A stretch of 11,807 bases of DNA from an uncultured archaeon (lineage in GTDB: Archaea > Asgardarchaeota > Lokiarchaeia > Sigyniarchaeales > SOKP01), in NCBI GenBank assembly GCA_964493715.1, contig CAZBPC010000099.1, positions 1 to 11,807 on the forward strand. Reading direction: 5' to 3'. The translations under genes were made by a program, and so were the position numbers. Below, piece by piece: positions 6,519-11,807 of this stretch; the first letter of the stretch is position 1; each line of letters starts with the position of its first letter. The notes under the pieces were generated by a model that searched no databases, was not told where the DNA came from, and saw only the letters and a list, made by a program, of their open reading frames with translations.

Positions 6519-7775
6519 TTAAAATGTTACTTTTTCTGGGTAGGATATCTCAAGCAAATTTAACGCTTTCCTTGCTATTTCAAAAGTTATTTTTCCCTCT
6601 TCTTCTTCGTTTCTATATGCTTCTCTAATTTTTGGAAGGAGAAACTCGGGGAAAATAGTGATTGGTTGTATGTTAGTCAACAATAATATCCAGCTTCTTT
6701 TATTTTCATCTTTAATTTCTGTTATGATATTCAATTTTTTCAAATTATCGAGCAGAATTTCCGTGATCGCAAACTCACTGAAGACTTTAGGGATTTTATC
6801 CAACGGATAATGATTACTTCTCATCAGAATGAAAAAATCATAGATATCTGGATTGAGCATGATCGAAGCAATTTTCTTGGTTTCTTCCATGGGTTGAGTA
6901 TACGGATCATATGCCGAGAAAAACTCTGCAGATTTTTGTTGAAAAGTTTCTAATAGTTCATTATTAGTATCTTTAAAATGTTTTAATAAACTTTCATTTG
7001 GAATTCGAGCAAGTATGATATCTTTAACTAGGAATAAATATTCTCCTTGCTTAATGATAACACCTGTCTTTTTATCTTTTTCACCTTTAATCCAATCTCT
7101 CCGAATTAAATTTAATTCTAAAAAAGGTCTAAGCAAGATATCAATGTTGGCGGTAGGTTTCATTTTTTCAATAATTTTCTTCATTTCATCTTTAGAAACT
7201 GGTTTTTCTCTTAAAACTTCTAAAATCTTAATTCTTTCTTCACTATTAAAGATCAATGCTACTTTCTGTAACCTATCTAAGGCACTTAATCGTTCAATTT
7301 GAAAAATAGTAAATTTCAATTCGTTTTTTAACCTGACATTAACATTTGAAATCAAATCTAATTGTCGAGTGTTGTTAGCTTTAGCAAGGCGCTCAAAAAT
7401 ATCATTTAATCGTTTTGACATGTTTTTAATTAGTTCTTCGAAGAGTTCTATCTCGTCATCATTTTCGAATAGGGATATGACAAGAAATTGAGATCCATCT
7501 GGTATTTGTTTAAAATAAGACATTACTTGATAAGGTGTTTCTTTTAATCTACCTACGTAAAAATTACTAAATCCATATTTCATTCCATACATTCCCACGG
7601 TGTGCTGGTAAAACGTAGCAAAAATATCATTTTCAATTATCAAATCGGAATAATTATCTTCTTTAAATTTCTCATTTTGAAAGATTAATTGAATAGGACT
7701 GAATTCGGGATCTATTTCACCCGTGTCTTCTTTCTGATTTAACTTGAATTGATATGTTAAAATTCCTTGAATCAA
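6519..7775 (-). CDS. Longin-like domain + tandem winged-helix protein (NPRL2/NPRL3-like architecture)
   Basis: The N-terminal ~130 aa show a beta-beta-alpha-beta-beta-beta-alpha pattern (IQGILTYQF; PIQLIF; ENDIFATFYQH; NFYVGRL; YQVMSYFKQ; QFLVISLF; EIELFEELIKNMSKRL). Two mutually similar wHTH-like units follow. Start placed at TTG 7775 because GAGGTTGA (7791-7784) lies 8 nt upstream; the track's TTG at 7787 overlaps that SD. The CDS is secure, but the fold assignment is by eye. Confidence 0.65.
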   Translation of the reverse strand: MIQGILTYQFKLNQKEDTGEIDPEFSPIQLIFQNEKFKEDNYSDLIIENDIFATFYQHTVGMYGMKYGFSNFYVGRLKETPYQVMSYFKQIPDGSQFLVISLFENDDEIELFEELIKNMSKRLNDIFERLAKANNTRQLDLISNVNVRLKNELKFTIFQIERLSALDRLQKVALIFNSEERIKILEVLREKPVSKDEMKKIIEKMKPTANIDILLRPFLELNLIRRDWIKGEKDKKTGVIIKQGEYLFLVKDIILARIPNESLLKHFKDTNNELLETFQQKSAEFFSAYDPYTQPMEETKKIASIMLNPDIYDFFILMRSNHYPLDKIPKVFSEFAITEILLDNLKKLNIITEIKDENKRSWILLLTNIQPITIFPEFLLPKIREAYRNEEEEGKITFEIARKALNLLEISYPEKVTF

Positions 7776-7820
7776 TTTGATTTTCAACCTCTAGTAGTCT
7801 ATATAAGTTATTTTATTAAA

Positions 7821-7846
7821 TTAAGATATATATAATTATGTCTTAA
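7821..7846. promoter_or_regulatory. Palindromic site TTAAGA-N14-TCTTAA overlapping a TATA-like box of the minus-strand gene pair
   Basis: TTAAGATATA-tataat-TATGTCTTAA, with arms matching at 9/10. It contains minus-strand TTATATATA (7835-7827) and lies 45 nt upstream of TTG 7775. Confidence 0.45.
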
Positions 7847-8262
7847 GTAATTTACTAACTTAAATTTAATCAAATAAATTATTTAAAATTCGCCAAAATA
7901 ACAAAAAGAGAATGTATTTTTTAGAATTCTCTTATTCTCAATATCATCTTAGGATAAATATTATGGGAGTTTATGGCTAGCAAGCAATATTTGATACATA
8001 AAACAATATTCTACCTCAAAATAATGATAATAAGGTAAATATTTTAATCGGAAAATAGCATTTTGCAAAAAATCTCAAGTGGAATTAAATAAAACGACTA
8101 ACTTTTTAAAAGCAACTCTGATCAAGAGAATTTTAATGAGAGATGAATTATAAGGTAAAAAAGAAGGAGAAATGTTATTTATTTTAATTATTTTTTGCAT
8201 TATTCTCGTCTTTTCTACGAATCATTAGTAATTAATTTAAAAGCATAATTTTACTAATAATA

Positions 8263-8288
8263 TTAAGAATTCATATAATCATTCTTAA
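8263..8288. promoter_or_regulatory. Palindromic site TTAAGA-N14-TCTTAA upstream of the surface protein gene
   Basis: TTAAGAAT-tcatataatc-ATTCTTAA, with perfect 8-bp arms, ending 23 nt before TTG 8312. Confidence 0.45.
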
Positions 8289-8311
8289 AATTAAAAAAAG
8301 GTATTAATAAT

Positions 8312-11300
8312 TTGAATTTAACAACACATAAAAAGAAGAACCTTTACATATTATTGACTTTGTTAAGTATATTTATGGTAAATGCAGCGATAATAAATGT
8401 TAACTACACTCCAAATGACTTAAATAGAAACGTAATTGATGAGGTTTCTAAAGAACCCAAAAACAATGATCTAACTTCTAATAATGTTTATAATGGCATA
8501 GGAGAAGCATGGAACGTGACTCATTGGGCAAATCGTACAGATTATAATATTCCAGCTAATTTTGGAAATAACTCATATGATATACTAGAAATACCTTTAG
8601 GAATCGATTGGATTGGATATGATCTTAAAGCAAATATAGATAATTTATATGATTCACGAAATTGGAATAATGGGACTTTTGATTTTGGTAATGATGATGG
8701 ATCATATTTAGCCGGAGAAGATGATACGCCTGAGATCTCAAATATCTATCAAAATTGGACTTTTACGGATTCAGGAACTAACACTATGAGCGGAAATTAT
8801 ATGGATAGTTCGTCTGTTGCTGGTAGGGAAAGTTTGGAACTTAGAATGGATGGACAAGGATCTCCTAATTCATATACATATCATCAAGGAGATATTTGCT
8901 CGTGGCAATCTACTATTAATATTCCAAGGGGTAAAGTATTAGATAGTGAGCTAAGTTTTGAAGTAAATCCTTATCATCTAATGCAATTTAATTCACATGT
9001 TTTATCGTTTTCAATTAATGGTATAATAATTTATTCCATTGGCTCACTACCTTTGTATCAATTTGGAAGTGGATGGCATAGTTTGAGTATTCCCCAAGGT
9101 GTCTGGACTAATTCTTCAACCGTATATAGTGATCCACTAAATAGTTCTTCAGTTCAAATCGGATTTTCCTGGGAATATGTTCCCATAACTGCTACTTATA
9201 ATGGATTTACAAATGGGAATTATCAACAAATTTTTTTAGATAATGTCAAATTAATTGTGAAAGCCGAGGCTCAACCAAGTCAAATTCAATTAAAAGCAAA
9301 TAATACTAGTGTATCAGATGTTGATTGGGGTAAGGGTACCATTGAATTAACTGGTGATTGGGAAAGTACCAAAGTATTTACTACGTTCAGTAGTGATGAT
9401 ACTTGGGATTTAAGCTCTTATGATATCGAATTAGAAGCAAATTTAAATCTTTTTGCTCATAAAAATACACCTGAAACAAGTTACGACACTAATTTTGCAT
9501 CAGAAGGAACAAATTTTTATACAGAGAACAATAGTTTAGTTAATTGGGAGTGCTATGCTTATTTTGCAGTTCCGACCGGATACGAAGAAACAACGATGAA
9601 ACTTGAATTCCCAAGCGATGTGACATTAACATGGGTTTCTGAACCTCAACAACCCACCACAAATAGACTGGCTCAATGCGATATCACCACTCCCGGAATT
9701 CTTTTCATTCCTGTAAATTCAATCTCCGAAACACCAGATGGGTTTTGGAGATTTGAAGGATCGTCACCCAATTACCTTGAGCAGTTAACATTGTATAAAA
9801 ATTCTACAAGTTCGCCCACAGGTACAGATTGGGTACAAGGACAAGAATTTTTAAGCGGAGATTATATAAATATTACTGCAAAAGTAAATCCAAGTCCTTT
9901 AGTTTCACCTTATATAACACAGACCAAAGCAACACTAAATATAAGATTTCCAAATGGTACAATCTGGACTACCCAAAATCAAATCAAATCATGTGATTCT
10001 AACGGAATGGTATATTTTGACTACTTTCAATTACCTTTAAACCCCCCGAATTATGAAGTCGGAGAATATGAAGTAATTATTTCATGGAATAATTCCTATT
10101 CAACATTTGGATTGAATGAATCGGGAATAATTTATAAAAATTTTAAGGTCATACACGATTCTCGGTTAGAACCGGACCAGGGAATTTATTTTATCGAAAA
10201 TGTCCTTGATAATAGAGTAATCAACATTAAAGTATCATTCAATGATAATATAAATTTAAAAGCAATAGAAAATGCCATCGTTTATACAAATTATACCGGA
10301 GATTTTGAATTTTTTGGTGAAATCAGTCCTGGTTTTTATTTATTAGAATTTAACGCAAGTTTAGCTAAAGCAGGGAATAATACATTAACTATTTTTGCCA
10401 ATTCTTCTTACTATTTAAATAAAGTAATAAATATTACCGTTGATGTTGTTAAGCAGACAATTCTTACTGTAGATAATGAATTTCTATCTGTTCCATGGAA
10501 GCAGAATTTTACTATCCAACTTAATTATACTGAAAAAGTAAATTCTAGTAACGGGATCAGTACTAACTCAATAACCACAAATTGGGGGGGAGATTTTTTT
10601 ATTAGAGAAACTACACAAGGACATTATAGTTTAACTTGTAATACTTCTGCATATAGCGCAAATACACTAGAATCATTAATTGTAAATTTTAATGCATATA
10701 AGTACGAAACGCAATCAATTTTAATAACCATACAGATTACAGAATTAGGTTCAAATATTAAATTATATCTAAATGATGAACCGGCCGTACCAAATCAAAA
10801 AATAACGATAGATATATTCGATAAAGTAAATGTAACAGTTAAATATGAAGATACTTTAACATCAAATCATTTAAGTGGAGCGAATGTGATGATTACTGGA
10901 GGTGGTATTTCTGAAAATTTAACTGAAAATGTTGCCTTGAAACAATATACTATTCTTCTAAATGGAACAGATTTAGGTCAAACTATTGATTCTCTTAGCA
11001 TTTTTGCTCAAAAAGAGAACTATAACTTACAAATCTTTCCGTTTATTATTGAAGTCAATGAAGGTAAGACAAATCTAAGATTGTTTGTAAATAATGAAAG
11101 TAAAACTATAGATCCTGTTGTTGAAGTTCCAATTGGGTCTATTTTGAACATGACTGTGAAATATTTCGACGAATCGAATAATTCTTTAGGGGGGGCAAGT
11201 ATCCAGCTAATTGGAGAAGGCTTAACAGTAAATTTCACTGAAAATATTGTTCTACAACAATACACTACTTTCATAAATACAACTGAAGAATTAGGTATTA

Positions 11301-11807
11301 AAGTTAATCTTTTGAGTATAATTGCGGAAAAGGTAAATTATCAGACGAAAACGATTAATCCGAGAATAACTATCAGAAGAATCAATACAAGTATTTCTAC
11401 ATTATCTGGTGATCCTTCAATTCTAATTAAACCATCCGATAAATTTAAAATACAAATAGTCTTAAATGATTTAGATTTTGGAGGTACGATAAAAGGAGCA
11501 ACGGTTACATATAGATCGGAATTTGGACAAGGGACATTAACTGATATTAATAATGATGGAATTTATGAAAGCCCAGTTTTACAGGCCCCTGTTGGATCTT
11601 ATACCATTATTATTAATGCTTATGCGGGTGATAATTACGATTTTGAAAGGTATGATATTTACTTAAGTGTAATTCAACCTTCAGAAAATCTACTTTGGTT
11701 TTGGGTATTGTTAATTGTCTCGGGAATCGCAATTTTGGGATTGATCTCGTATCTATATGCATATCAACGTGTGCTAAAGTATCCTAAACCAGTTCGAAAA
11801 GTCAGAA
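8312..11807 (+). CDS. Large single-pass cell-surface glycoprotein (signal peptide, CBM-like jelly-roll, tandem Ig-like repeats, C-terminal TM and basic tail); 3' end runs off the window
   Basis: Manual translation from TTG 8312 (AAGGT 9 nt upstream) is open for 1165 codons to the edge. N-terminus MNLTTHKKKNLYILLTLLSIFMVNAAII is signal-like, the body is N/T/S/Y/W-rich and beta-like, the TM is LLWFWVLLIVSGIAILGLISYLYAY (11690-11764), and the tail is QRVLKYPKPVRKVR. Missing from the ORF track because there is no stop in the window. Confidence 0.9.
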   Translation, partial: MNLTTHKKKNLYILLTLLSIFMVNAAIINVNYTPNDLNRNVIDEVSKEPKNNDLTSNNVYNGIGEAWNVTHWANRTDYNIPANFGNNSYDILEIPLGIDWIGYDLKANIDNLYDSRNWNNGTFDFGNDDGSYLAGEDDTPEISNIYQNWTFTDSGTNTMSGNYMDSSSVAGRESLELRMDGQGSPNSYTYHQGDICSWQSTINIPRGKVLDSELSFEVNPYHLMQFNSHVLSFSINGIIIYSIGSLPLYQFGSGWHSLSIPQGVWTNSSTVYSDPLNSSSVQIGFSWEYVPITATYNGFTNGNYQQIFLDNVKLIVKAEAQPSQIQLKANNTSVSDVDWGKGTIELTGDWESTKVFTTFSSDDTWDLSSYDIELEANLNLFAHKNTPETSYDTNFASEGTNFYTENNSLVNWECYAYFAVPTGYEETTMKLEFPSDVTLTWVSEPQQPTTNRLAQCDITTPGILFIPVNSISETPDGFWRFEGSSPNYLEQLTLYKNSTSSPTGTDWVQGQEFLSGDYINITAKVNPSPLVSPYITQTKATLNIRFPNGTIWTTQNQIKSCDSNGMVYFDYFQLPLNPPNYEVGEYEVIISWNNSYSTFGLNESGIIYKNFKVIHDSRLEPDQGIYFIENVLDNRVINIKVSFNDNINLKAIENAIVYTNYTGDFEFFGEISPGFYLLEFNASLAKAGNNTLTIFANSSYYLNKVINITVDVVKQTILTVDNEFLSVPWKQNFTIQLNYTEKVNSSNGISTNSITTNWGGDFFIRETTQGHYSLTCNTSAYSANTLESLIVNFNAYKYETQSILITIQITELGSNIKLYLNDEPAVPNQKITIDIFDKVNVTVKYEDTLTSNHLSGANVMITGGGISENLTENVALKQYTILLNGTDLGQTIDSLSIFAQKENYNLQIFPFIIEVNEGKTNLRLFVNNESKTIDPVVEVPIGSILNMTVKYFDESNNSLGGASIQLIGEGLTVNFTENIVLQQYTTFINTTEELGIKVNLLSIIAEKVNYQTKTINPRITIRRINTSISTLSGDPSILIKPSDKFKIQIVLNDLDFGGTIKGATVTYRSEFGQGTLTDINNDGIYESPVLQAPVGSYTIIINAYAGDNYDFERYDIYLSVIQPSENLLWFWVLLIVSGIAILGLISYLYAYQRVLKYPKPVRKVR
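10157..11674 (+). repeat. Five tandem ~97-106-aa Ig-like beta-sandwich protein repeats
   Basis: Units at 10157-10450, 10451-10741, 10742-11059, 11060-11377 and 11378-11674 share the pattern N(I/V/F)T(V/I)x(Y/F)xD...(I/L)xGAx(V/I)...(G/Q)xY...N(T/A/G)(S/T)...L(S/T)IxA...(N)Y. Units 3 and 4 are the closest pair (VNVTVKYEDT...LSGA...NLTENVALKQYT versus LNMTVKYFDE...LGGA...NFTENIVLQQYT). Confidence 0.75.

Noticed and set aside
7015-7302. 95-aa + strand ORF
   Set aside because: Antisense to the longin-WH gene.
7788-8311. tRNA, CRISPR array, IS ends or replication origin in the long AT-rich gap
   Set aside because: No GC-rich stems or cloverleaf, no regularly spaced repeats, no transposase or target duplication, no ORB-like G-string boxes and no adjacent cdc6/orc1.
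11020-11274. 84-aa minus-strand ORF
   Set aside because: Antisense to the long surface-protein frame.

Overview
AT-rich archaeal window, most consistent with an Asgard (Lokiarchaeia-type) genome; this is inferred from the protein architectures and archaeal-style Shine-Dalgarno (SD) and TATA signals. It holds six real CDSs, two of which are absent from the ORF track because they run off the edges. (1) A geranylgeranyl-reductase-family FAD oxidoreductase (<1..1183, -). (2) An ArsB/NhaD/SLC13 (IT-superfamily) permease with degenerate motifs (1651..3066, +). (3) An MBL-fold hydrolase (3196..4191, -). (4,5) A tightly coupled minus-strand gene pair: a longin-like + tandem winged-helix protein with an NPRL2/NPRL3 (GATOR1)-like architecture (6519..7775), followed by a 734-aa protein with a CxxC...H-x4-H module, a TrmB-like wHTH, a ~310-aa helical/coiled-coil insert and an inactive PLD-fold effector domain (4295..6499). 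(6) A >1165-aa single-pass, sequon-rich surface protein with a CBM-like jelly-roll, tandem Ig-like repeats and a basic cytoplasmic tail (8312..>11807, +). The divergent region between the gene pair and the surface protein carries the same TTAAGA-N14-TCTTAA palindrome in front of each transcription unit. This hints at co-regulation of a putative nutrient-sensing module and a surface adhesin. No RNA genes, CRISPR arrays or mobile elements were seen.
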